Shown: positions 11,839 to 24,326, counted from the whole stretch's first letter. The stretch is DNA of 62,719 bases, filler included, from Basidiobolus ranarum (GCA_040143965.1; 44 parts of 44 records of this genome joined end to end with filler, not necessarily neighbours in it), one strand, 5' to 3'. The notes: generated by a model not told the origin, from the letters alone. Translations and numbers: made by a program.

Positions 11839-12457
11839 TTGGACTGATTTTCAAGGGAATTTCCCAGAAATTATTGATTATCGAAGCCAATGAAAACATC
11901 ATGGAAGTGCCTTTGGGTTCGATACTAAATGTGTATATTCGTTTGTCTTCAAGAAAAAAAAAGAAAAGAAAAAGAAACGTATTGCTTTGAATCTTTGTAT
12001 TTCCTGTTTACATTCAAATCAGAAATCATTCTTCTGCGGCATCTTACAGTATTTAGAAACTTGTATTTTTTATCTTTCCATTAATTTCAATAAATCAAGT
12101 GATTTTGTTTTGTGATTTTATGGTATGATATTTTATTATTTTGATGATGCCCGAATAAAGCATTGTAAAAAAATGATCCAAACACCTAGAATAGAGTTTA
12201 AATATTGCTTCTAAAAATATTTAAGTTCAATTGATACATATCTCTAATTCATGATAACTGCGTTTGTTAGGACATCATTCACAAAGCTCTAATTTTAACA
12301 ATATACTCATTTTATGCTTTTGTTCATATGTCACAGATAAGGCAGAAATAAATAACAACTTCTCAATAGTAATAGGATGATCTTCACAGTGCACAACAAA
12401 ATACCTTGTCTTTTAATCATTATATTCTGACCAGATTTAGCCACTCTTCCATAATAA

Positions 12458-12787
12458 CCCTAACAGAAATTTGAGGATTGTTATTGTAGGAAAACCGTCA
12501 CAATTTTAATCCATTTGAGATTGACCGTTTACTTACTGTCATAAAATCATCAAGTTAGATTTGATTTTAATCAATTTTTTCAGCTTCAGGAGTGAAATTT
12601 CAAGATCTTGCAGAATAGTTGTGCATGATTGGCTACAATCTCAGAGAACTATGGATCAACACATGTGCAAAAAATATAACTCAAATTTTACACAATTACT
12701 ACTTGAATGCTAATTTGTCACCTTTGAAATCCCTAGTCTCTTTGATATATTCTCCTGAATATTTTTATAGAGTTCTTCATACCCAAG
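12458..12787 (+). mobile_element. CACTA-type element left terminus, 620 bp downstream of RPB2
   Basis: CCCTAACAGAAATTTGAGG; the ORF2 C-terminus (GYEELYKNIQENISKRLGISKVTN*) lies on the minus strand. Confidence 0.88.
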
Positions 12788-13767
12788 NNNNNNNNNNNNN
12801 NNNNNNNNNNNNNNNNNNNNNNNNNNNNNNNTTAATTAATTAANNNNNNNNNNNNNNNNNNNNNNNNNNNNNNNNNNNNNNNNNNNNAATTGTTTCATAC
12901 TTATTACTGTGATGAGAAGGAGAATAATCCCTCTCAGCAACACTGGCTCCAGATATAACCGAAGCAGAGGAAATAACAAACAGTAATTTGATTGAAGAGA
13001 AGTGCATTTGTTACTTGGATTTCGAAAAATAGAAAAGTATTGTAGTTGTAAAATAAGACTTCAAGCCGAATGGGGGACAGAAGAAACAACTTTGTGATTG
13101 ATAGTTTGCTGTTGTATACTTGCTGCTGTCCTCTGTTATATAGAAATCTGACAACGCTTACCAATGCTCAAAAACTACGGAATTAGCTGTCTATTGTCTG
13201 ATGAATTCTCCGACGGCTCTCTAAATCTACTGCGACTAATGTCAGTGTCTTTCTACATGAGGAAATGAGCGCCGGATTGTTCAGTTAAGGCGCTCTATAA
13301 TTACTGGAACTATTCTAATTCATTTTGCAGTTCACCTTCGTATCCAAATAAACATATATCTACGTAAGTAATTCGGTTTTACTTTACTCTTTTGCAAATA
13401 GATTATGTGTAAATCACCTGTACTAGAAACAATGATCTTCAATATTGTTTTCATGTCATATCTATACCATTTTATACATGCCTCTTATTATGAAGGCCTT
13501 GGTAATTTCGTTGTATCAGTCACCAATATATCATTTCGCTAAGGCTGACGATATAGCTCTTTAGCTACTATACAAACAAAAAAACGACTATTCTGATATG
13601 AGCATATTGGAGATCAACCATGACTTTATTAGGAATATTTAGCCACGATTTGGTACAAATAAAGGAATGTATTCCCTAGACTTATTTATAACTAATAAAA
13701 TGAGGAGTGTTAGACATCACAAGAGTATGAGGGTATTGAGGAATCTTGCAGAGTAGAAACAGGGTAA

Positions 13768-14217
13768 CTACACTCTTATCGCAATCTCAGGTAGGCATAT
13801 GACTGCATCCACCGTGATTCCTAGTATGTTGGCATGCGCCTTAATTGTCTCACAGATCTCACGTCGGCGTCTTTCATCACCACCGCTATTCAAAACTCCG
13901 GGTATCAGGCCACTGTTGGGGCGATCATGAGTATCAACCCTAATCAGCCCGCCAAGGCACACGACAGCGTCAACATTGATTCCTAACAATTGACGAACCT
14001 TAACAGCAATATCTTCACAACGACCAGAGTGTGTGTCGGATGAATTTTCACCTCGATTGAGTGGGTTACTGAGGTTGTCTGGGGAACTAGGAGCTCCAGG
14101 TGTACCGCTTGGCGAACTGTCGGTATCTCCAGCAGGTGCTCCAGGTGATTTAGGAATGTTAGAGCCATTAGGGGTAACATCACCTGCTGAACCTCCAGGT
14201 AAGCCATTGGATTTACC
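13768..14217 (-). CDS. Gly/Pro/Ser-rich protein with two Cys-bracketed C-terminal repeats, 5' partial
   Basis: One open frame from the contig edge: GKSNGLPGGSAG...RCEDIAVKVRQLLGINVDAVVCLGGLIRV...ICETIKAHANILGITVDAVICLPEIAIRV*. Confidence 0.75.
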   Translation of the reverse strand, partial: GKSNGLPGGSAGDVTPNGSNIPKSPGAPAGDTDSSPSGTPGAPSSPDNLSNPLNRGENSSDTHSGRCEDIAVKVRQLLGINVDAVVCLGGLIRVDTHDRPNSGLIPGVLNSGGDERRRREICETIKAHANILGITVDAVICLPEIAIRV

Positions 14218-14436
14218 ANNNNNNNNNNNNNNNNNNNNNNNNNNNNNNNNNNNNNNNNNNNNTTAATTAATTAANNNNNNNNNNNNNNNNNNNNNNNNNN
14301 NNNNNNNNNNNNNNNNNNTTGATGGAGATATGCAGTATTATTGTTTTAGCGATGGGGTATTCTAATCAAGCAATGACACATCTACTTGTGGCTGGACATT
14401 TGTTGACTGCAAGTTGGGGATATATTGGCTGAATTC

Positions 14437-15648
14437 TTAGGTGTTTAGGCAATACTAATCTCAACACTCTCCCTCAACTAAAAAGTCATATAAACTAATC
14501 CTAACAAAGGTCTAAATTTCTCAATTTTCTGTCTAGCTCATGGTTTGATTAATGTATCAGCAACCATGTCTTCTGTAGAACAATAAGTTTAGTTAATAAG
14601 CAGGTTCTCTATAGTCTCTCTGATGAAGTGATGCTTAATATCTATATGTTTGCTTCTATTATGAAATGTGTAATTTTTAGCTAATTTGATACAACTTTGA
14701 TTATCTGGAAATATTGTAGTTGGTGAATTTTGAGAATAACCCAAATCTGTTAAGAGCTTTGTTAGCCATATTGCTTCTTTTGTTGCTTCATAGGCAGCCA
14801 TGTATTCAGCTTCTGTTGTTGAAAGATTTACAATAGGTTTTTTGTTAAATTCCAAGAAATAGCTCCATTACAGTAAAGAAATCAGTACCCTGTTTTAGAT
14901 CTCTGGTCTTCAATATATCTTCCCCAATTTGCATCTGAATATTCCATCAGATCAAAGTGTGATCCAAAATATGTGCATTTTAAGCATAGATTCACAGTAC
15001 CTTTCAAATATCTGAAAATCCGCTCAACTGCTATGATTTGGTCAGATCCATAATTTTGAAGTTCAGGGCACATAACTTGCACAGAATAAGCAATATCTGG
15101 CCATGCTCCAACCATGATATACCTCAAACTACTAATTTTATATTGTTAAGGAAGTTTCTGGCTTTTATTTAAATCTAAAAACATCTCATTTGAACCATTT
15201 TTAGTCAGTTCAAGATTTGTCTCAATTGGGGTAGATACTTGATCAAATTCTTCCATTTCAAACTTCTTTAGTGTATCCAGGATACACTTAGACTGGTTTA
15301 AAGTGCTTGCTTTGATAGTTCTATCTATTTTAATTTGGATTCCAAGATAGTATATTAGTTCACCAAGATCAGTCATTTTGAATTTGGCAGATAACCTAGA
15401 TTTGGTTTTCTCCAAAGTCTTCAAGTCATTGATTGCTATATTGAGGTCATATACATATAAGGGTAATAAAACCAGGTTTGTCTCATCTGGCCTGAAGCAG
15501 ATACTATAGTCAACATTACTCCTTTGGAACTTGAGTGTTTCCAAAAAAGCATCTATCTTGCTATTCTAAGCTCTTGGAGATTGTTTTAAGCCATAGAGTG
15601 TTTTGCAGAGTATGCAAACTTTTGTAGGGTTTTCTGGAACACAAATCC
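14437..15648 (-). mobile_element. Copia family B RT-RNase H, PPT and start of 3' LTR
   Basis: LYVYDL (decayed YVDD), FKMTDLG, LSTTEAEYMA, RSKHIDIKHHFIRE; PPT GAGGGAGAG adjoining TGTTGA. Confidence 0.92.
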
Positions 15649-15748
15649 NNNNNNNNNNNNNNNNNNNNNNNNNNNNNNNNNNNNNNNNNNNNTTAATTAA
15701 TTAANNNNNNNNNNNNNNNNNNNNNNNNNNNNNNNNNNNNNNNNNNNN

Positions 15749-16684
15749 CTGTTACAGACTCTTTGTTATTGGCAAACATTAGTCTGCTCACAACACTTAC
15801 AGTAAAGGAAGCAACTTTGATTATTGAGGAGTGGAGAGTTCAATCCAATCTTAGCAACCAGGTGTTGATTGGTTTTCTTACACTTTTACCTCAGTTGCTG
15901 AGCAACTGTTGCTTGCCACAGACCTGGTACAAGTGGAAGACACTTGTCAATTGTATGACTTATAATCCTTCAGTTTTACCACAGTTGATTGCCAACTTTT
16001 GCTTGCCATAGACCTGCTACAAGTGCAAAACATTTGTAAATAGTATGACTTATAACCCTTCATTAATTATGATATTTTCATGTCCAAATAATTGTTTGCC
16101 TTTCAAAAGTGTTCTGAAAAACCTGTGGTGATGCAATGTTGGCACACAATTAGCAATGACAGTATCAGGTGAATATTGTACATATTTTGCACATACATTG
16201 TTGATTCCCCATCTTAAAGTTTTGATAATATCACCCAAAAATAGATCATTGATCTATTATCAAAGTACTCTCTTTAAAGCTGTTGGGATTAGCAATATAC
16301 TTGATGGTTTTAACTACCAGAACCTGAAAAGTCAAGGTTTCTTTGACAACACATATGATAATGCATTTGCTTTGATACTGGATGGGTTCTCACTAAACAA
16401 ATATACCTTTGAAAAGGCTTACTGGCCAATAATCTTAATAAACTCACATCTTCCTCCTTCTGAATATTATTTGGGTCACAATGTTTTGATACTATCAATC
16501 ATATCTGGGCCTAAATTACCACAGCTTATAAATAGCATCTTAGAGCACTTGATGGCAGACTTGGAATGGTTATCTAATGGAGATCAAACAAGTGAAAATT
16601 TTTCAAGGCTGATATCATTGTAGGTATTGGTGACACTCCTGCCATCAGTTGACTTCAAGGCTTTTATTGGCACAATGCACTGTC
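15749..16684 (+). mobile_element. CACTA (Tnp2/Transposase_21-like) transposase fragment with ~90-bp internal tandem duplication
   Basis: LDGFS...WPIILINSHLPPSE...IISGPK...GDTPA; the block QTWYKWKTLVNCMTYNPS is duplicated at about 15885-16065. Confidence 0.88.
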
Positions 16685-17415
16685 TGTTGAAATTAGGTAA
16701 ATAGCAACTGATTATTTGGTAGTTAGTAAATTCATATTCTGTTTTTTAGTACTCAATTCTGTCATTCAAAAATGTGTGTTTATTGCTCTAATTGATAGAA
16801 CTATCAATTAGATCACTTTTACCAATTTTCGCTACTTTCTCAAAACTTCTCCTAATCACCTCAAATTTTCACCAATGCTTAACAGGCATGTTTCTTATGA
16901 TCCAAGCATATCAAATAGTCCTTTTTCATAGTAAACTATTAATAGGACATGTTCAATTCAATAAACCTTGGACTTGTTCCATTGTGCCAGGATTTATCGG
17001 ACCTTGGATCAATATATTAGAGTAAATGTGATTGAAATTGATCATGCCAGAGGGTGATGGATAGTGCCAAATTGTGCCNNNNNNNNNNNNNNNNNNNNNN
17101 NNNNNNNNNNNNNNNNNNNNNNTTAATTAATTAANNNNNNNNNNNNNNNNNNNNNNNNNNNNNNNNNNNNNNNNNNNNGAACATTCCATGAAACCTAACC
17201 AACCATGTCATCCCACACATAGTGTATTTCCGCCAAGACCTTCCATGGATGGTCATCTGATCATCCTTACATCATCCCTCTATGTATTGGTCCTTGTAGT
17301 CTGCAACACCCCAACACTTGAACTTGCCACAGTATATTCCCTATTCAATATATTATGTTAAACACTGCTATATCTATATAAGCTCCATTTATTCCTTGAT
17401 TAGATCTCTGTCTTT

Positions 17416-17933
17416 TAAGTTTTAGCTCTTGAACATTGAATTAGCAATGTGTATTTAACATTAAGACAAATTGTTTTGAAGGCACTTTGTTCCTTTTCAA
17501 CCTGGAATAAAACTTTGGCTTCACATAGTTTTGCATTGTTTCTTCTCCTACAACAGTGTCCCAAAGTCCTTTCTCTTGCAGCAGCATTGTCATTTTATTT
17601 TTCCAAACTTGATTATTGGTTCCATCCAATTTTTCAGAAGAGGGAAAAGTTCAATAAATTTGAGAAGTAGACATTACAGAGAGTGCAAGTTTGGGGCTCA
17701 TAATCTGTTAAAGTATTTTGGAGCCTGTGGGAAGTGGTTAGGAGAATTAGAGAAATTGGTGATTTTCACTCATTGTTTGAAAAATCTATATATCTGAGAA
17801 CTTCCAAGTTGGTGTAGATATTTTAAGTAAATTTTGATTGAGAATAATGGATAATATCTTAGTGAAAGATAAGGTTACTAAGTACTAAGCTATACATGAC
17901 TGTATAGGTGTTTAGGCAATGCTAATTTTAACA
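17416..17933 (-). mobile_element. Copia family B 5' end: LTR 17706-17933, PBS 17694-17705, gag start
   Basis: PBS GATTATGAGCCC; gag LDGTNNQVWKNKMTMLLQEKGLWDTVVG. Confidence 0.88.
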
Positions 17934-18414
17934 TAAATACATGTGTTCTGAATCAAACCTTGATCTGATGGGATATTTAGATGCAAATTGGGGAAGAGGT
18001 ATTGAAGACAGGAGATCTATAACAGGATACTTATTTCTTTGCTGCAATGTAGCAATTTCTTAGAGTTCCAAGAGACAACCTACAATAGCACCTTTGGCAA
18101 CAGAAGCAGGATACATGGCTGTTTTTGAAGCAACAAAAGAAACAATATGGTGAAGAAAACTCTTAATGGATATGAGCTATTCTTAAAATCCACCAACTAC
18201 GATATTTCAAGCTAATGAAAGCTATACTAAATTTGGCAGAACTGCCATGCTTCATACTAGAAGCAAACATACAGATATTAGATATCATTCTATTACCAAG
18301 ACTATATAGAATAAGTTGGTTGACTTTACTTATTGTTCTAAAGAAAACATGATTACTGATATATTAACAAAACCATGAGCTAGACAGATATTTGATACGA
18401 TTAGACCTTCCTTA
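17934..18414 (+). mobile_element. Copia RNase H fragment
   Basis: YLDANWG...SKRQPTIA...TEAGYMA...RSKHTDIRYH...DILTKP. Confidence 0.88.
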
Positions 18415-18508
18415 TGTTGAAATTATTTAGGGAGAAATATTGGTCTGGCCAGGAATTGAACCTGGGACCTCCTTCACTCTAGCAAGATGCTCTAACCCAT
18501 AACTAAAA
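18415..18508 (-). mobile_element. tRNA-bearing LTR, 3' end (tRNA-like part 18441-18508)
   Basis: Reverse complement reads GGTTAGAGCATCTTGCTAGAGTGAAGGAGGTCCCAGGTTCAATTCCTGGCCAGACCA-ATATTTCTCCCTAAATAATTTCAACA; matches 36991-37073. Confidence 0.85.
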
Positions 18509-18608
18509 NNNNNNNNNNNNNNNNNNNNNNNNNNNNNNNNNNNNNNNNNNNNTTAATTAATTAANNNNNNNNNNNNNNNNNNNNNNNNNNNNNNNNNNNN
18601 NNNNNNNN

Positions 18609-19938
18609 GCCTCTCTGTATTAAGTTCTTCCCAGATATCTGCACGGTCAACACCAGACTGAATGTCAAGTTGAATGTTCTTCTTCTGAAGCCACTTTCTG
18701 CATACTTGCACTGAGTTTTTCCCTTCATACTTTTGAAAATACTCCTCAAGCACTTTGACTATTTTTGTACATCCTTGTAGTGTGACACTACTGAGGGTGC
18801 TTTGTGGTGTTTGTGCGGCTTTTTGCTTGCCTTTACCTTTGTGACTAATTTCAACACTTTGAAAAGTACCAGTTGAGGTTGGAGAGCCATGAGTTTTATT
18901 TGCTGGTGTTTTGGCTTGTTTGGAGGTGCCCAGTGTTGGATACACTTCCAAATTTAGCACTCTTCCAACTGGTGTACCCAGTTCCATGGCAAAATTAAGC
19001 TTTCTTACCAATATATCTGACTCTGGAATTGCAGATCTTTGAAATGGTGTGGAGAGTCTGTTAAGTGGGACAGTAGAGGCTAAACTTACTGGCTCCTTTG
19101 CTTTTCCCTTGGGTTTACTAACTTCCTGCTCCTTCAGTACTTCTTTAGCTGCTTTTGATTCTTTTCCAAGTTGATAATTGCGTACATTTTGGAGATATTA
19201 CATGAATAGGCCTATACTAGCCCAATTGCTATTTACTTGCAAAAACCCAGGATAAGCCACATGAAATAAGTCAAGAACCTTCAGAGTAACACCTGGTTTT
19301 TGGTTTTTCCACAATTGACTCAAATTCAGGTGATTTTGGGCAAGATTCCACACAGTTTCCAAAATGTTCAACAACTCATTAGCAGAGCAAGTGATGGCAG
19401 CTCTGACATTCAGAGTCTTTTGGTTTGCCAGTTTTCCTATGAGATTTCCACTTTCATGTGCAAAAGCAATTTTGGGTTGTTGTGTAGGCGTAACGGTCCA
19501 ACACATATTCTGCTCTGCTAGATTGTCATGGTGACGTTCATGTGTATGGCATGGGATTGATTGAAATCCCATATGAGAATGGACAGAGGGAGCAGCATGT
19601 TGCTATAGCTCAAGTATAGCATTCTGAAGGTCTTCTATCATTGTTGAGTGACTCTCTAACTGTTGACTAGTTGCTTCCAAACGCTGCATTAATTACAATA
19701 TTGTGGCGGTATTGCTTGTCATGGCCTGTATAGCAACTTCATAGTTTTTATTTATGTCTGCATACAAATCATTTTGATGTTCTGCCTGCAATTTCTTTAT
19801 TGTAATAATTCTATCCAAATTTTCTACGGAGGGTTGTTCAATAGTGGGCAAAGTAGCCATTTTGGAAGTTGATGGTCTTGATGGTGTTTTGGTTGAACTT
19901 TGCTCAACTATTGATTTACTACATAATTGGGGGATTAC
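18609..19938 (-). mobile_element. CACTA-type element ORF2, central part (decayed)
   Basis: Overlaps contigs at 20912-21368, 38667-39815 and 40032-41357. Confidence 0.8.
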
Positions 19939-20038
19939 NNNNNNNNNNNNNNNNNNNNNNNNNNNNNNNNNNNNNNNNNNNNTTAATTAATTAANNNNNN
20001 NNNNNNNNNNNNNNNNNNNNNNNNNNNNNNNNNNNNNN

Positions 20039-20911
20039 CAAGCTTTTACTCAGCTTCAGCTAGAAAATCAAGAATTTTATGCTTCTCTTGCTCAAATATA
20101 AAATCCAGCTCCACCCAACTATTCTGCAAATCCAACTCCTGAACCCAAGTTCTCCTTACCAAATAAGTTTGACAGCACTTACCAAAACTGTTGCGCTTTT
20201 ATAAACCGGTTGAACACATCATGCAGTTACATCCCCATTGGTACCCCTTTGACTAAACAAAAGTAGGTCTAGTGGAAACACTATGATCAGGAACAGCTCC
20301 ATCTTGGTTTGCTCCTCTGATGGAAAGTCAATTTCCACTTCTTTCAAACTTCCTTGCCTTTCATGCTGAACTGGAAGCTACATTGGAAAATGCAAATAAG
20401 GAAAGAACTTCAGCCACCAAGCTCCATGTATGTAATCAAGGGTTAAAGCCTGCATCAACTTATACTGCAGAATTCTGCCTTGCAGCCTGTAGTTACAATT
20501 GGGGAGAATCTGGTCTGATGAACCTACTCCAATATGGACTCTGAGAAAATATTAAGCATCTTTTACTCTCCATGGCTGACCCAGTTACCTGGATTAATGC
20601 TATCCATCACGCAGCTAAATGCGACAACCAGTTGTTTGAAAGACAACAACAAAGAAAAATGGCTCCTTTCATTTCTCCTTCCCCATAAACTTTCACACCT
20701 CCCTTTTATCAAACACAAAATACAGCTCAAGCAGATGACTCAATACAAATTGATCAAACTAGATTCAGAAAGCTTAGCCATGTGGAGAAGAATTGATTAT
20801 AATAGGAGAATCTATGCCTCTGTTGTGGAGCCCCTTGACATATAGCCAGAACCTGTCAAAAAAAACCTGGATTTGGATCAAAATATTCAAGTAGAAGAGA
20901 ACTCTCTCCAA
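20039..20911 (+). mobile_element. Degenerate Gypsy gag
   Basis: PEPKFSLPNKFD, QGLKPASTYTAEF, and a zinc-knuckle remnant LCLCCGA..HIARTC. Confidence 0.85.
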
Positions 20912-21368
20912 CCCTAACAGAAATTTGAGGATAGTTATTGTAGGAAAACCATCACAGTTTTAATCCATTGGGGATTGACTATTTACTTACCATCATAAAA
21001 TTGTCAAGTTAGACTTAATTTTAATCAATTTTTTCAGTTTCAGGAGTGAAATTTCATGATCTTGCAAAATAGTTGCACATGATTGGCCACAATCAGAGAG
21101 AACTATGGATCAACATGTGTGTGAAAAATGCAACTCAAATTTTACACATTTACCACTTGAATGCAAATTTGTCACCTACAAAATCCATAGTTTTTTTGAT
21201 ATATTCTCCTGAATATTTATATAGAGTTCTTCATACCCAAGGTTTAGCTCATACCCAACATGAGTTTGAATCAATATCTCCATCAAAGCCCATCATTGTA
21301 TTAACATTGCTGAATCAACATTCTTCCAGCTATCTAGTAGATACCCGGCAATATTGTGCACTCTGTAT
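20912..21368 (+). mobile_element. CACTA-type left terminus plus ORF2 3' end
   Basis: CCCTAACAG start; its end overlaps the start of contig 18609. Confidence 0.88.
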
Positions 21369-21468
21369 NNNNNNNNNNNNNNNNNNNNNNNNNNNNNNNN
21401 NNNNNNNNNNNNTTAATTAATTAANNNNNNNNNNNNNNNNNNNNNNNNNNNNNNNNNNNNNNNNNNNN

Positions 21469-22658
21469 TTTTCCAAGTCCAGATATGGTGGAGATACCAC
21501 AGTTACATGAGCTGAATGATGTACATAGAAATAAAACTTTGGTTGAACCAATCAGTCCAGACAACTTTGAGGACATGCCACTAGATATTGATCTTTATTC
21601 TAGTACTGAAGGTAATATATCAGAAGTTGAAGAAGAAGGCAATGGTTTTGTTATGGACTCTTTGTTATCAGAGAGCATTAGTCTACTCATAAAACTTCAA
21701 TATAGGAAGCAGCTTTGAATATTGAGGAGGGAAGAGTTCAATCCATTCTTGGCAACCAGGTGTTTGTTGGTTTTCTTACACTTTTACCACAGTTGATTGG
21801 CAACTGTTGCTTGCCACAGACCTGGTACAAGTGGAAAACACTTGTCAATTGTATGAATTATAATCCTTCAGTAATTTGCTATCTTCATGTCCAAATGGTT
21901 CTTTGGCTTTCACTGGCGATCTAAATAGATGAAGGCATGTACTGTTTGAACACAATTAGCAATCACTAAATCAGGTAAAAATTGTTTAAATTTGTCTTAT
22001 ACATTATTGAGTCCTGTTGAAGTTTATTGTCTTTATCATGTTTGTTTTCTCCATCTTTATACACCTTACTATTTCATATACAGGCAAATATTGTTCACAT
22101 TTGGCTTACATACCATTGATTCCCCATCTTAAAGTTTTGATGAAATCACCTATATATAGATCAGTGATGTAATAACTCACAACTCACTATAAAGCTAATG
22201 GTATTACCAAAATACTTGCTGGATATCACTACCAGAATCTGCAAAGTTAAGGTTTTTTGAGAACCCATACAATCATGCATTTGCATTGGCTCTGGATGGT
22301 TTCTTGCTAAATAAATAAACCATTGGAAAGGCTTGCTGGCCAATAACTTTGATCAAATTCAATCTTCCTCCTTCTGAATGCTATAAAAGTCATAATATTT
22401 TAATACTATCCATCATATCTGCACCTAAATCAATGGTACTTATAGATAGCTTTTTAGAGCCTTTGATTGTGGAACTTGAATGGCTATCTAATAAGCATCA
22501 GATGGGTGAATATTTTATTGAAGCTAATATCATTGTATGTGTTGGGGACACTCCTGCTATCAGTAAACCATGGAGGTTTTTGTGGGCACAATGCACTATC
22601 TTGCTGTAGATTTTGGCAAATCAATGGAGTCTACTCATTCAGGCACATGCATTACTTT
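21469..22658 (+). mobile_element. CACTA transposase fragment (with LTR A stub at about 22015-22080)
   Basis: NLPPSECYKSHNILILSIIS...DSFLEPL...GDTPAISK...GHNALSCCRF. Confidence 0.88.
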
Positions 22659-22797
22659 CCCTAACAGAAATTTGAGGATTGTTATCATAGGAAAACCATC
22701 ACAATTTTAATCCATTTGGGATTGACCACTTACTTACCATCATAAAATTGTCAAGTTAGATTTGATTTTAATCAATTTTTTCAGTTACAGGAGTGAA
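22659..22797 (+). mobile_element. CACTA left terminus inserted into a transposase gene of the same family
   Basis: CCCTAACAG directly after ...RHMHY. Confidence 0.88.
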
Positions 22798-22983
22798 NNN
22801 NNNNNNNNNNNNNNNNNNNNNNNNNNNNNNNNNNNNNNNNNTTAATTAATTAANNNNNNNNNNNNNNNNNNNNNNNNNNNNNNNNNNNNNNNNNNNNCGA
22901 GAGAGGAGTGTGTCGAAACCCAACAGGAAGCCGAATGGGAAAACGTAGGAGACGAAGAACAAATGGAATACATTACCACCTAC

Positions 22984-23958
22984 CATACACTGCCATTAGT
23001 ACTGGAATAACCAAGGTCAACGTCTAGCAGCAAGTCCTCAAAGTTGTCTGGACTTACTGGTTTGACCAAAGTTACATTTTGATGTCCATCATTCTGGTCA
23101 TATAACTGCGGTAACTCCATGATATCTTGACTTTTGGCATTGTTACCAAAACTTTGAGGCAAACCACAGTCAGCAGACTCAATGGGCACAACTAAAGTCA
23201 ATTTAGTGTACTTATTGCTGTTTTTATACACCAGGCTTTGTGCAGCTGGTAGCTTGATACAGTGACCATGCTTGCAATTATTTTTTCTATAAGGCCTCCG
23301 GCTTTCATAGCACAAGAATTTGTGACAATAACAGCAGGGCTTCTTTAAATGTTTGGGTTGCAGCATGAAAAGAATATTGTGGAAAAAAGAACACCTCCCA
23401 CGTAAAGGTAGTATTTTAGGTAGAGCCCATCAATATCATCAGCTGATTCTGAGACGGTGTCACAGATGGGTCATCAGGGGATTTACAAGATATTTCTGGT
23501 AATGGACAGCAATTTTGGTTTATTATACACTGCTTCTAAGCAATTCCATTACACCAAGTTTACATCTGAAAATTTCAATGCCATTCAAAAAGCATTCAAA
23601 ATCTAAGTCAAAATGGGCTTCCAAGCCAAAGCCTGTTGGCACAAGAGGAAAAAAACCAGCAAGAACAGAGGACTGAATTAATGAGCAGTCTAGCAAACCA
23701 CTAACTACTTTGGAAGGCATTTACATGCCAGAAACTAACTCAAGCAATGCTGAAGCATTGATCAATTTACCAGATGTGTTCCTTTCCAGCAATAGTACCA
23801 GTGAAGAGATTGTAATCCCCCAATTATGTAGTAAATTGATAGTTGAGCAAAGTTCAACAAAACACCATCAAGACCATCAACTTCCAAAATGGCTACTTTG
23901 CCCACTATTGAACAACCCTCCATAGAAAGTTTGGATAGAATTATTACAATAAGGGAAT
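22984..23958. mobile_element. CACTA central region: transposase start (23366, minus) and ORF2 start (23578, plus), head to head
   Basis: MLQPKHLKKPCCYCHKFLC...MELPQLYDQND leads into transposase (compare 43408); ATGCCATTC matches the ORF2 start at 41185 and 53438. Confidence 0.8.
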
Positions 23959-24226
23959 CCTTAACAGAAATTAGAGGATTGTTATTGTAGGAAAAACCAT
24001 CACAATTTCAATCCATTTGGGATTGACTGTTTACTTACTGTCATAAAATTGTCTAGTTAGATTTGATTTAAATCAATTTTTTCAGCTTCAGGAGTGAAAT
24101 TTCAAGATCTTGCAAAATAGTTGTGCATGATTGGCTATCATTTCAGAGAACTAAGGATCAACACATGTGTGAAATACATAACTCATATTTTAAACAATTA
24201 CCACTTGAATGCCAATTTGTCACCTT
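23959..24226 (+). mobile_element. CACTA left terminus inserted in ORF2
   Basis: CCTTAACAGAAATTAGAGG. Confidence 0.85.
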
Positions 24227-24326
24227 NNNNNNNNNNNNNNNNNNNNNNNNNNNNNNNNNNNNNNNNNNNNTTAATTAATTAANNNNNNNNNNNNNNNNNN
24301 NNNNNNNNNNNNNNNNNNNNNNNNNN

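Noticed and set aside
12458-12475. piggyBac assignment for the CCCT-terminated element
   Set aside because: Flanks are not TTAA (for example GCAGTA, TACTTT, TATAT, GGGAAT) and the linked transposase has Tnp2/CACTA motifs.
13768-13870. Resemblance of 'TIKAHANILGI' to plant hybrid proline-rich protein 8-Cys domains
   Set aside because: The eight-cysteine pattern is absent; the short match is probably coincidental.
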